Translations under genes and position numbers: made by a program
Assembly: GCA_021613535.1 (NCBI GenBank)
Contig: CP075493.1
Span: 682,001-746,000, forward strand
DNA from: Adineta vaga
Taxonomy: Eukaryota > Animalia > Rotifera
Reading direction: 5' to 3'
Length of the DNA stretch: 64,000 nt
Part shown: piece after piece, positions 63,699-64,000 of the stretch
How the letters are laid out: every line of letters starts with the position of its first letter
Position numbering within the stretch: position 1 is the first letter of the stretch
The notes under the pieces: generated by a model
Seen by the model: only the letters and a program-made list of their open reading frames with translations
What the model was told of the DNA's origin: nothing
The model's database searches: none

Positions 63699-64000
63699 TT
63701 ATTCATATAATTCAGCACTCTTGAGATAAACACTACCACTCCATCCACCAGTAACTAAAACGGTTCCATTTGATAGAATTGTTGCTGTATGATAATATCG
63801 TCCAACATTCATATTTCGTGTGTTAATCCATCCTAAAAAAGAAAATTGATTTGAATAAAAATAAATGAATTAAGAAAAGGAAACCTTTCGATTGATAAAT
63901 AATTAAATTTAATTAAATTTAATTAATTGATGATAATTTTGATTAATAATAAAAATATTTGTAAATAAATCAAATGAAATAGTTGAAGGAGAATTTAATT
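63699..64000 (-). pseudogene. 3' end of an inverted paralog of the NHL-kelch gene with a single kelch repeat; continues beyond the window
   Basis: Same 52-bp intron (63833-63884). Last exon WINTRNMNVGRYYHTATILSNGTVLVTGGWSGSVYLKSAELYE*. A net +5 indel near 63910 disrupts the NHL exon. Confidence 0.85.

Noticed and set aside
1-64000. Prokaryotic operon or defence-island interpretation; tRNA/rRNA genes
   Set aside because: Spliceosomal introns and metazoan genes are interleaved throughout; no structural RNA gene was recognisable.

Overview
AT-rich eukaryotic DNA with short (~45-70 bp) GT-AG introns. The gene families present (NHL-repeat, ART-TPR, standalone TIR, ESCKA-type nuclear receptor, Mag LTR element, many foreign-looking genes) point to a bdelloid rotifer; this is an inference. 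It looks like an accessory region rich in transposons and horizontally acquired genes. Foreign-looking genes: a 5'-truncated sulfotransferase-SbnB (L-2,3-diaminopropionate pathway) fusion, a bacterial-type SDR, a xylose-isomerase-like TIM barrel, a sterol-desaturase-family gene, a fungal RTA1-like protein and a fungal-type P-IIC ATPase lacking the PEGL glutamate. Immune- or defence-like genes: two tandem TIR-only genes, a ubiquitin-like fusion lacking K48/K63, a secreted NHL + 7x kelch protein with hypervariable loops and an inverted paralog collapsed to one repeat, and an ART-TPR pseudogene. Ordinary metazoan genes: SULT, GGT, SLC46-like MFS, nuclear receptor, CHST-like, GT90. Mobile DNA: a full-length Mag-type Gypsy element with identical LTRs, a CACTA/EnSpm-like element nested in a MITE TIR, a foldback/MULE-like element carrying a USP-like protease gene, HINE-like repeats and several MITEs. 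All calls are by motif recognition; no searches were run.
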